From Bdellovibrionales bacterium (GTDB lineage: Bacteria; Bdellovibrionota; Bdellovibrionia; Bdellovibrionales; UBA1609), in the NCBI GenBank assembly GCA_050246815.1, contig JBFWVI010000016.1:1-60361 (forward strand): DNA of 60,361 nt. Direction: 5' to 3'. Shown here piece by piece: positions 37,463 to 45,894 of the stretch (within the stretch, counting starts at the first letter, position 1; each line of letters opens with the position of its first letter). The notes under the pieces were generated by a model. That model was not told the origin of the DNA. It did no database searches and saw only the letters and a list, made by a program, of their open reading frames with translations. The position numbers and the translations under genes were made by a program.

Positions 37463-38731
37463 TTATGCGAGACAGGTTTCCGGCGGGCTACTGGACCAAG
37501 ATCGGGATTCGCCCAAACTGCTATGAAATTTTTGAACCAAGGGGTCGGCCATAATTGCCTGCGGGCTCCACCCTTCGACGAACAATCCTTCAGGTCCGCG
37601 GGCCCGGCTTAGTGCCACGTAGGCTTGCCCCGGTTCCCAAATGCGGCGCAGGTCGACTTGTACGCGGTCCAAGGTGGTGCCCTGGGCTTTGTGAATAGTC
37701 ATGGCCCAAGCCAAACTGACAGGGAAGTTGCTGGCCGAAACAACCGGGCGTCCCTCGGCATCGAGCAGCGTGAAGTTGGCTTTTTCAACCGTCACGCGAC
37801 GGCCGTTCAAAAGTTCGATAATCAATTCGCTATTCGATATTTTCTGCACGCGTCCTAAGCTGCCATTGACGTAACGGCCTTCCACATCATTTTGCCTCAG
37901 CATAATCAAAGCATCGACTTTGAGTTGAATAACATCGGCTAAGGGAGAGTGTTTACGAAAGTTTTCGATGTCGCGGTCGGTTCCGGTGTAAGTCGTCTCA
38001 AAGCTGTGCAAGGGTTGGTTAATTTTTTCGAGCCACTCTAGATTGTATTGCTCGACCGACTGGCGGTGTGGGAACAGCCGCGTCACCTCCCCCTCGGGGG
38101 GCTTTTGATTTCGTGAGTTTAAAAAGTCAACGACCTGTTTGTTGGCCACGCCCAAACGCACGTGATTTAAGATCTTTAAGAATTCCGGGTCTGTTGCCCG
38201 CATCGGTTGCTGAAGATGAGCGGCTTGAAAAAAACTGCGTTGCCAACTTTCATCCAAAAAGGCCCATTCTTTCAGGCGAGAATGGGGGTTGACCGGAGGC
38301 AGCTGGGCAAAATCGCCTACGGCGATGACACGGATGCCTCCCCATGCCGCAGGTTTGCCGCGCACTTCGCGCGCGATTGTCTCGGCCGCGCGCAATGTGG
38401 GGCCAGCAATCATCGAAATCTCATCGATCACCACGGTGCTGGTTTTTTTTAGGCGACTGACCAGACGTTTATTTTTAAGTGCTCGGTCCACGGTGGCGGT
38501 CAAACCGCCTTCCATGATGCCTAAGCCAAAAAAGCTATGAAAAGTGCGGCCGCCCACCAAAATTGCGGCCGCGCCTGTGCTAGCCAAGATCGGAATTTTG
38601 GTGCCGCTCAAAAAATGGCGTAACAAAAAGCTTTTGCCGCTACCGGCCGCGCCGGTGATGAAAATATTGTCCGCGCCATTAAGAAGTTTGAGCGCCGCTG
38701 TTTGATCCGAATTTAATTCGTGCTCGTTCAT
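37463..38731 (-). CDS. Pif1-family SF1B DNA helicase
   Basis: GAAGSGKS, STG.AA, T.HSF, DEISM, GDF.QLPPV, NGS.G, FP..LAWA.TIHKAQG, GQAYVALSR. Confidence 0.92.
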   Translation of the reverse strand: MNEHELNSDQTAALKLLNGADNIFITGAAGSGKSFLLRHFLSGTKIPILASTGAAAILVGGRTFHSFFGLGIMEGGLTATVDRALKNKRLVSRLKKTSTVVIDEISMIAGPTLRAAETIAREVRGKPAAWGGIRVIAVGDFAQLPPVNPHSRLKEWAFLDESWQRSFFQAAHLQQPMRATDPEFLKILNHVRLGVANKQVVDFLNSRNQKPPEGEVTRLFPHRQSVEQYNLEWLEKINQPLHSFETTYTGTDRDIENFRKHSPLADVIQLKVDALIMLRQNDVEGRYVNGSLGRVQKISNSELIIELLNGRRVTVEKANFTLLDAEGRPVVSASNFPVSLAWAMTIHKAQGTTLDRVQVDLRRIWEPGQAYVALSRARGPEGLFVEGWSPQAIMADPLVQKFHSSLGESRSWSSSPPETCLA

Positions 38732-38734
38732 TCC

Positions 38735-39397
38735 CTAAAACGTCATTTCTTTAACGTCTTCGGCAATGCGCAGGGGTGCATCGGTCAACGCCGCCACCTC
38801 TTGAGGTGTTACGCCTGGCGCTACTTCACGCAGCAAAAAGCCTTCTGCCGTGATATCGATCACAGCCAAATCCGTGACGATGCGGCTGACACAGTTCACG
38901 CCGGTCATCGGCAACGTGCACTTTTTCAAAAGTTTTGGGGTGCCGTTTTTGTCGGTGTGCTGCATGGCCACGATCACGCGTTTTGCGCCCGAGACCAAAT
39001 CCATAGCGCCACCCATGCCTTTGACCAATTTGCCGGGCACCATCCAATTGGCTAGGGAACCTGTTTGATCCACTTGCATTGAGCCCAAAACCGTCAAGTC
39101 GATATGACCACCCCGGATCATGCCGAAGCTTTCAGCTGAATCAAAATAGCTGGCACCGGGGACGACCGTGATTGTTTGTTTGCCTGCGTTGATCAAGTCG
39201 GCGTCGACTTCGTCTTCTCGCGGAAATGGCCCGACACCCATCACGCCGTTTTCCGAGTGCAACATAACATTTACGTTTTTGGGGATGTGATTGGCAACCA
39301 GGGTCGGTATGCCAATGCCCAAGTTCACCATAAAGCCGTCTTGAATTTCTTTTGCTACCCGAGCACAAATTTGATCGCGTGAAATCGGTTTCGCCAT
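38735..39397 (-). CDS. scoB: 3-oxoacid CoA-transferase subunit B
   Basis: [13 protein letters not shown] catalytic Glu, GMGGAMDL. Confidence 0.95.
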   Translation of the reverse strand: MAKPISRDQICARVAKEIQDGFMVNLGIGIPTLVANHIPKNVNVMLHSENGVMGVGPFPREDEVDADLINAGKQTITVVPGASYFDSAESFGMIRGGHIDLTVLGSMQVDQTGSLANWMVPGKLVKGMGGAMDLVSGAKRVIVAMQHTDKNGTPKLLKKCTLPMTGVNCVSRIVTDLAVIDITAEGFLLREVAPGVTPQEVAALTDAPLRIAEDVKEMTF

Positions 39398-39400
39398 GGC

Positions 39401-40096
39401 TTAACTCCTTGTCGTCCGGTTTTCGATGCGTTTTTCGTAGCCTTTACCTTTGAAGATACGCTGCACATAAAGGCCTGAAGTGTGAATGTGGTTGGGATCG
39501 AGTTCTCCGACCTCAACCAACTCCTCCACTTCGGCGATGGTGATTTTTCCGGCGGCTGCGACCAAGGGATTAAAGTTGCGCGCGGTTTGGCGAAAAATTA
39601 AATTGCCGAACTTGTCGCCTTTCCAGGCTTTGACAAATGCATAATCGCCGCGGATCCAGCGTTCCATCACGTACTTGCGTCCTTCGAATTCACGGACATC
39701 TTTGCCTTCGGCCACAACGGTTCCGACTCCCGTTGGGGTGAAGAAGGCCGGTATGCCGGCGCCGCCGGCACGCAGCCGTTCGGCCAAGGTGCCTTGTGGA
39801 TTCATTTCGACCTCAAGCTGGCCGCCCAAAAACAGCTTTTCAAACAGTTCATTTTCGCCCACGTAGCTTGAAACCATTTTTTTGATTTGACCACGCTCCA
39901 TCAAAAGCCCCAGGCCAAAGCCGTCAACGCCCGCATTATTCGAAACACAGGTTAGGCCCTTGACGCCCTTTTCACGTAAAGCCGCGATACTGTTTTCAGG
40001 GATTCCGCAAAGACCAAACCCGCCGAAAAGAAGGGTCATGCCGTCTTTGACGCCATCAATAGCCGCGGCCGCGTTTGCACAGACTTTATTGATCAT
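39401..40096 (-). CDS. scoA: 3-oxoacid CoA-transferase subunit A
   Basis: GGFGLCGIPE, SNNAG, SYVGEN, PQGTLAER, ARNFNP. ATG 40096 overlaps the thiolase stop. Confidence 0.95.
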   Translation of the reverse strand: MINKVCANAAAAIDGVKDGMTLLFGGFGLCGIPENSIAALREKGVKGLTCVSNNAGVDGFGLGLLMERGQIKKMVSSYVGENELFEKLFLGGQLEVEMNPQGTLAERLRAGGAGIPAFFTPTGVGTVVAEGKDVREFEGRKYVMERWIRGDYAFVKAWKGDKFGNLIFRQTARNFNPLVAAAGKITIAEVEELVEVGELDPNHIHTSGLYVQRIFKGKGYEKRIENRTTRS

Positions 40097-41271
40097 ACGC
40101 GCTCCACAATCAGGGCCACGGCTTCGCCGCCACCAATGCACAAGGTGGCCAGACCATACTTCGACTTGCGCGCGTGAAGGGCGTGGATTAGGGTTGTCAG
40201 AATTCGTGCGCCGCTGGCTCCGATGGGGTGGCCAATGGCCACCGCGCCGCCATTCACATTCACGCGGTTTGCGTCCAGTTTGAACTCTTTCATTGCCGCC
40301 ATGGTGACAACGCTGAAAGCTTCGTTGATTTCGAAAAGATCAATTTTGTCCGCGCTTAAGTGAGCTTTTTCAAGCACCGCTTTGATGGCCCCCACAGGTG
40401 CTGTGGTAAACCATTTTGGGTCTTGTGCGAAAGTGGATTGGGCCACGATGCGGGCGATGGGTTTTAAACCTTTTTGCGAAACCATTTTTTCTGAAGCCAA
40501 AACCAAAGCGGCGCCGCCGTCGTTGATTTTTGAGGCGTTGGCGGCCGTGATCGTGCCCTCTTTTTCAAAGGCAGGTTTGAGCTCACCCATTTTGTCAAAG
40601 CGGGCTTTGCCGGGCTCTTCGTCGGTGTCGACTTTGATGGTGCCTTTGCGATCTTGAATTTCAACGGCGCAGATTTCTTCGCGAAACAAACCGCCGCTGA
40701 TGGCCCTTTGCGCTTTTTGATAGCTGTCCTTGGCAAAGGCATCTTGTTCTTCGCGCGAAGTTTTATATTCGCGTACGCAAAGTTCGGCCGCATTGCCCAT
40801 GTGCCAGTTGTTGTAGGGGTCCCACAAGCCATCTTTGATCATTGAATCGGTGATTTGCGCGTGACCCATACGATAGCCACTGCGTGAACTTTCAAGCAGG
40901 TGAGGGGCCAAAGTCATATTTTCTTGTCCGCCTGCCACCACGACTTCGCTATGGCCCAAGTTGATGCTGTCTGCGGCCAGCATCACGGCCTTCAATCCCG
41001 AGCCACAAACTTTATTGATGGTCATACAGCGCACGCCGGTAGGCAGGCCGGCGTAGATGGCCGCTTGTCGTGCGGGCGCCTGGCCGACGCCAGCAGGTAA
41101 CACCTCACCCATAATGCACTCTTGAACGTCTTGGCCCTGCAGGCCCGATTTGGCCAGAGCTGCTTTGATCGCGGTGGCGCCAAGTCGTGGCGCGGGCACC
41201 GACCCTAAGGAGCCTTGAAAACTGCCCACGGGCGTGCGCTGGGCCGATAAAATCAACGGTTGTCCGCTCAT
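40093..41271 (-). CDS. atoB: Acetyl-CoA C-acetyltransferase (thiolase)
   Basis: RTP.G.F.G, NKVCGSG, NEAF, GHPIGASG, CIGGG. Confidence 0.96.
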   Translation of the reverse strand: MSGQPLILSAQRTPVGSFQGSLGSVPAPRLGATAIKAALAKSGLQGQDVQECIMGEVLPAGVGQAPARQAAIYAGLPTGVRCMTINKVCGSGLKAVMLAADSINLGHSEVVVAGGQENMTLAPHLLESSRSGYRMGHAQITDSMIKDGLWDPYNNWHMGNAAELCVREYKTSREEQDAFAKDSYQKAQRAISGGLFREEICAVEIQDRKGTIKVDTDEEPGKARFDKMGELKPAFEKEGTITAANASKINDGGAALVLASEKMVSQKGLKPIARIVAQSTFAQDPKWFTTAPVGAIKAVLEKAHLSADKIDLFEINEAFSVVTMAAMKEFKLDANRVNVNGGAVAIGHPIGASGARILTTLIHALHARKSKYGLATLCIGGGEAVALIVERV

Positions 41272-41431
41272 ACAAGTGCCTCCAATTGTGAGAACCGTGG
41301 AATTTTGGGCGGATTCCGGGGTCTTGTCAATTGTCGGAGAGCCAAGTTTGAATGCCGTGCGTTCAGAGCGGACAAGTGCTCGAATCTGCGCTTAGATTGA
41401 GTCTGGCCAAATTTGGCGGCGGAGGTTTTGA

Positions 41432-42457
41432 ATGCGTTTACCAGCCTGCACTTTATTGCTCGCGCTTTTGACTCAGCCATGCTGGGCCGCTGTTTTGGAT
41501 TTTAAACCCTTGGCGCTGCCGATTCAGGCAAAGGATCAATTGCTGATCAAGGGTTTTGATGGCGATGTAAAATTGAACGTGGGTAAAGCCAATCAGCTGA
41601 TCGTCAAGGTTCGCCAAGAGACCAATGATAAAGCGGCTGCCATTGTGCGCCAAACCCTAGATGAATGGAACTTCTCGCTGCAACGTGGGACGACCGGCAT
41701 TGAGATCGTGGTACAAGGTCCTCAGGCCCGCGAAGTGTGGCGCCAAGTCTTGGTGAGTGGTGGTGCGCCTAAATTTCATTTGGATATAACGGCCCCCGCG
41801 ATCCCCGTTGAGATGGCTTGGCGTAGCGGCAAAGTGAACGTGGACAACTGGAATGCCTCTCTGCGAATGACTCTGCAAGAGGGTGCCGTCGCTGTAAATG
41901 GTGGCACCGGGGACGCCAAAGTGGTGGGACAAGATGTCGAGATCCGCATAAAAAATCGCATCGGTCGTGTTGTGGCCGAATCCTACAATGGCAAAATCCA
42001 TCTGGACAACATCAAGGGCAATATCGACATTGAGAACTTCACCGGAGACACCATCGTCAGTCAAAGCGAGGGCAATGTTGACTTTCGCACTTTTAAATCA
42101 CCGCTCAATCTGGTCGGTGGTAAAGGACGTTTGGATTTTAGCACCGTGCGAGGGCCGATAAAGCTAGCGAACTTCAGTGGTGATTTGAAGGGCATGAGTG
42201 ATGAGGCCCCCATTACCGCCAAGATCAGCAATGCAAGTGAGGTGCGGATCACCACCCAATCGGGCCCGGTGGCTTTGGATTTGCCTAATTCTTCAGCTAG
42301 TGTGACTGCAGCATCCGTGGAAGGTGGAATTTCGGGGCCTAGTCATATGAAAGCCGATCAACTGGCGGGCCAAAGAGTGATGCGGGGACGTCTGCGTGGT
42401 TCAGTTGAGGGCTCGGTGGTGGTTCGAACCCAATCCGGTCCGATCAGAATTCGCTAA
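41432..42457 (+). CDS. Exported DUF4097-like beta-strand repeat protein
   Basis: Signal peptide; repeated (S/T)..G.I.(L/V)....G units. Confidence 0.75.
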   Translation: MRLPACTLLLALLTQPCWAAVLDFKPLALPIQAKDQLLIKGFDGDVKLNVGKANQLIVKVRQETNDKAAAIVRQTLDEWNFSLQRGTTGIEIVVQGPQAREVWRQVLVSGGAPKFHLDITAPAIPVEMAWRSGKVNVDNWNASLRMTLQEGAVAVNGGTGDAKVVGQDVEIRIKNRIGRVVAESYNGKIHLDNIKGNIDIENFTGDTIVSQSEGNVDFRTFKSPLNLVGGKGRLDFSTVRGPIKLANFSGDLKGMSDEAPITAKISNASEVRITTQSGPVALDLPNSSASVTAASVEGGISGPSHMKADQLAGQRVMRGRLRGSVEGSVVVRTQSGPIRIR

Positions 42458-42522
42458 GACCGACGTCGCCTAAGGTTGGAAAAGTGTTGACGAAATTTTT
42501 AAAATGGCCCAACTTGCGTTCC

Positions 42523-43239
42523 ATGGCGAAAGCAAAAAAAGCGGCTAAACCCGCGCCCAAAAAGAAGACGTCTGCAAAGCCGGCAAAAGCGGCTAAATCC
42601 GCGAAATCATTAAAGTCGGCCAAGCCGGCAAAAGCAAAAGTCGTGGCCAAGCCGGCTAAACCCGCGCCCAAGGCTCAAACCAAAGTTGCGGCCAAAGCGA
42701 CCAAACCCGCCGGTAAAGCCGCGAAGGTTCAGTCTAAGCCTGAGCCCAAAGCAAAAGCGTCGGTTAAAGAGGCGAAGGTCAAAGAACTCGCCAAAGATAA
42801 AAAGGCCGCCAAAGTTGTTGAGGTTGAAGTTCCCGCCCCTGTTGAAATGGAAGCCCCTCCTGAAGAGGTGGTGCTGACTGACGCAGAAGGCCGTCGCTAT
42901 TGCCGGGTAAAGGATTGCGACCAATTGGCCATGGTCGACACCTACTGTCGCTATCACTACCTGCTATATTGGAAACGTATTCAGGTCCGCAAGAAAATCC
43001 TCACCGAGGGCAAACTCGAGCGCTACATCGAAGAATTGACGGCCCGTTATCCCGATAAATTCCTCGATATGCTTCGAAAAGACCTGCGTAGCGAAAAGGA
43101 ATTTGTGGCCGCTATTCAAGAACTCGAAATTGATGAGTCGCAGGGTGAAAACGAATTCGAAGAGGAAAGCGAAAACTTCATCGAAGAAGTACGTGGAATT
43201 TCCTCTGAGCCCGCGTCCACCACCGACGACGACTTTTAA
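42523..43239 (+). CDS. Hypothetical protein: histone-H1-like Lys/Ala/Pro N-terminus, Cys/His motif, acidic tail
   Basis: AKPAK repeats; CRVKDC...YCRYH; E/D-rich C-terminus. Confidence 0.8.
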   Translation: MAKAKKAAKPAPKKKTSAKPAKAAKSAKSLKSAKPAKAKVVAKPAKPAPKAQTKVAAKATKPAGKAAKVQSKPEPKAKASVKEAKVKELAKDKKAAKVVEVEVPAPVEMEAPPEEVVLTDAEGRRYCRVKDCDQLAMVDTYCRYHYLLYWKRIQVRKKILTEGKLERYIEELTARYPDKFLDMLRKDLRSEKEFVAAIQELEIDESQGENEFEEESENFIEEVRGISSEPASTTDDDF

Positions 43240-43250
43240 AGTCGTCGTTT
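43226..43250 (+). terminator. Hairpin overlapping the stop codon
   Basis: ACGACGACTTT-T-AAAGTCGTCGT followed by TT. Confidence 0.5.
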
Positions 43251-43367
43251 CAGATCCCATTTTAAGACACCTCGTTCAGAGTCCTGAATTGGGGCGTTGA
43301 TTTAAAAGCCACTGCCAACGAGTTCAGCAGGCAATTGACTCTACGCAGCAATAGAGTGCATTTTGAC

Positions 43368-43383
43368 GGGTACAGGGCTTGCT
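43368..43383 (+). promoter_or_regulatory. Sigma54 (-24/-12) promoter
   Basis: GGGTACAGGGCTTGCT, i.e. GG-N10-GC with TTGCT, about 40 nt before ATG 43421. Confidence 0.55.
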
Positions 43384-43420
43384 CTTTAAGTCTGTATCGA
43401 ATTTGGACTTGGGAGGAGAT

Positions 43421-43936
43421 ATGAAAATGGGTCGTTTTTTAATCGCCATTATTTTAATGAGTTTTGTCTTTTTGGGGTTTCAAAACTGCAGTGAAGTACA
43501 ATTTACGCCAGCTCAATCGGCGGCGCTAGTTGAAAAACGCACAACGGATTCCACCGGTGAGGATCTAGTCTCGGGTGAAGTGGCACAGGGCGATGATTTA
43601 GTCTCAGGCGATGAAGGTGGCGAAGGCGAAGATGATGTTGGCGAAGGCGATGAAGGTGAAGATGGGGGCGAGGGCGAGGCAGAAGAAGTCCGTGGCCAAT
43701 ATATTTGCATTCTTGCAGGCCCAGGCCAATCCGTTCGTTTAGGTATTATTGATGGTGCGCTTCTTCAGAACGGCCGTACTCCCAATACTGTTTGCATGAG
43801 CAAAAGCGCCTGCGAGCAAATCGTCAGCCAGAAATTTTCGGTGAAGGCCGCCAAACGATCAGGTGTTTGTCGTAACAATCCACATGTTCAGCATCTAAAC
43901 AACGCCCAATTGCAAACATTGGTGGATGCGATTTAA
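43421..43936 (+). CDS. FQNC-type lipoprotein with acidic Gly/Glu/Asp linker and small 4-Cys domain
   Basis: GGAGGAG RBS; hydrophobic stretch then GFQNC; G(E/D)DLVSG duplicated; YICIL.GPG.S, VCM...AC, VC. Confidence 0.8.
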   Translation: MKMGRFLIAIILMSFVFLGFQNCSEVQFTPAQSAALVEKRTTDSTGEDLVSGEVAQGDDLVSGDEGGEGEDDVGEGDEGEDGGEGEAEEVRGQYICILAGPGQSVRLGIIDGALLQNGRTPNTVCMSKSACEQIVSQKFSVKAAKRSGVCRNNPHVQHLNNAQLQTLVDAI

Positions 43937-43946
43937 TTCGTGAGAA

Positions 43947-43978
43947 GCAAAGGGCTCATTTTCATGGGCCCGTTTTGC
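43947..43978 (+). terminator. Probable terminator hairpin
   Basis: GCAAAGGGCTCAT-TTTC-ATGGGCCCGTTTTGC. Confidence 0.5.
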
Positions 43979-44109
43979 ACACAGCTCTAAAGCCTCGTGC
44001 TTTGCGACGATGATGGGCGCATTGACTAATAAATCGACAGGGCTTGCTACAGGATAGGCGATCTATTTGAGTTCGGTTTGGTCCGAACCGTGCAGCAAGT
44101 GCCCTGGAC

Positions 44110-45894
44110 ATGAAAAAAACCACACGTTTATACCTATCATGGCTCTTGTCGCTTGCGGTGGCTTGCATGCCCTGTTTGAGTTGGTGCAGCAGTCGCTTGA
44201 CTCTGCATGAGAGTGAAAAGCAGTCTTTACGCCGCTTGTTCGTGGCCACAATCGACGAACAAGAGGGGATGGGCAACCACCTGACAGAACAAGTTACCTT
44301 TGCTCAGTTTGTACATTTACTTGAAACAAGAATTAAGAGCGGCAAGCTCAACATCCAGGAAATGTCGAAAATTGACTGGTCTAAAGATTCGCCTGCACGC
44401 GCATGGTTAGTCGACCAGCGCCTTAATCCATTTTTGGCGACGGCGGCGGCAATTTTACTTAAGAACGGCTCTTTAAAAGAAGTTGTTCAAGGGCTGGCGC
44501 AAGAAAATGGTGCCAATCCAATCGATGTTGTAAAGCAAATCGACCAGATTTCTTTTCGCACATTGGAAGGGTGGTCATTGCTGACGGGTCAAAATCTGGG
44601 ATTTACGTTCGGTGACACTGGCAAAGTGACAACACAGGTGAAAGCAAAAGCCTTTCAGTTAAATGAACAGGGGCAGCCCTTAGATTATGATATCGGTTTA
44701 AAAAATTTGAAGGCCCATTTTGCACAGTTGCGTGTGGATGTCGAAAAGGTTTCGCAGCAGAAAGATCCTCACGTTGGTCAGCGTTTGCGCGGATACTTGA
44801 CTTCCTACGCACCACTTTTTATCAGCACGATTGATTTGCTGGAGACCTTCGATATGGCGATCTTGGATTTGCAAGGAGTGCTCGATTCAATCCGCTTCAA
44901 AATGACCTTGAATCATGTGGATACCGTTCGCGAAGCCGAAGCGTTGAAGAATTTGTTAGATCAGGCTGTCGAATGGCGGGAAAGGGTAATCGTTCTAGGC
45001 GAAGCCGTTGAAAGCAGCCTTCAACAGCAAATGCCGAATGGTCGCGTAGCGGTTTACAACGCTGCCTCACCATGGCTCGAACAGGCCGAAAACTTGCGTC
45101 GCCGAATTAAGCATTTTTGTGGTCAATCTGTCGAGGCCATGGATACGATTTTGGGTTTCGATGGTGATTTGGATTTGAGCATGCGCTTTGATTCCCCCTG
45201 GGAACTCGCCTTTGTATCGGATAAGGCCCAGGCTAAAGGCGAAGGTCTTGAAGAGCAGTGGACTCAGATTCGAACCTTTCAGATTATCAAAGAAGAGCGT
45301 TACTACACAGCACGCTGGACGGAGTTGGTTCATCATCCCGCAGTGAAGGATTCTAAGGGTAATACAATCAGGGCGGCTTACACTCAGCGCGTGACTCGCA
45401 CATCAAGCAGAAACGAAACAGACCATTTGACGATTGAAACCCCGCCCTATGAAATGCAAATTCAGGCGCGCATTGAAGAGCTATCGAACCAAATCGGCGT
45501 TTTTTCTAAGCAACAGGGTAATCAGGGGCAGATTCAGAGTTTATTTGCTCAAATTCGCGATTTAAAGAATGAGTATGCGGTTTATCGCCAGCAACCACCC
45601 ACAGGTAAGGATGAATCCACTGAAAAAATAAAACGGATGAACAATCAATTGGCACAAGTCAGTGCATTGGAAACTCAATTAAATATCGCCGACGTTCGCT
45701 CGGTGGCAGGCGTTGCAATTTTCAATCGCGATCTGATGGTGGATTCAGATCTAGCGTCCAAGATTGCCGCGAATTTACGGCGCTTGGACAGCCGTCGCCA
45801 TAATGTAACAAAGACGGCTCTGGGGCTAGCGACTGCAGCGGGTGTAGGATATGGATGTTGGCAATGGCTTATGCCGCCAGGGGCGGGACTATGA
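44110..45894 (+). CDS. Exported helical hypothetical protein, paralog A, with C-terminal membrane anchor
   Basis: 594-aa ORF; N-terminal signal; C-terminal ALGLATAAGVGYGCWQWL. Confidence 0.8.
   Translation: MKKTTRLYLSWLLSLAVACMPCLSWCSSRLTLHESEKQSLRRLFVATIDEQEGMGNHLTEQVTFAQFVHLLETRIKSGKLNIQEMSKIDWSKDSPARAWLVDQRLNPFLATAAAILLKNGSLKEVVQGLAQENGANPIDVVKQIDQISFRTLEGWSLLTGQNLGFTFGDTGKVTTQVKAKAFQLNEQGQPLDYDIGLKNLKAHFAQLRVDVEKVSQQKDPHVGQRLRGYLTSYAPLFISTIDLLETFDMAILDLQGVLDSIRFKMTLNHVDTVREAEALKNLLDQAVEWRERVIVLGEAVESSLQQQMPNGRVAVYNAASPWLEQAENLRRRIKHFCGQSVEAMDTILGFDGDLDLSMRFDSPWELAFVSDKAQAKGEGLEEQWTQIRTFQIIKEERYYTARWTELVHHPAVKDSKGNTIRAAYTQRVTRTSSRNETDHLTIETPPYEMQIQARIEELSNQIGVFSKQQGNQGQIQSLFAQIRDLKNEYAVYRQQPPTGKDESTEKIKRMNNQLAQVSALETQLNIADVRSVAGVAIFNRDLMVDSDLASKIAANLRRLDSRRHNVTKTALGLATAAGVGYGCWQWLMPPGAGL

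Noticed and set aside
36977..37612. 211-aa plus-strand ORF and other long antisense ORFs (e.g. 15588-16109, 49699-50247)
   Set aside because: They lie opposite well-supported genes and have no recognisable motifs.
37463..38731. Pif1 as a Helitron, phage or defence marker
   Set aside because: No Rep/HUH nuclease, phage genes or element ends nearby; it is embedded among housekeeping genes.
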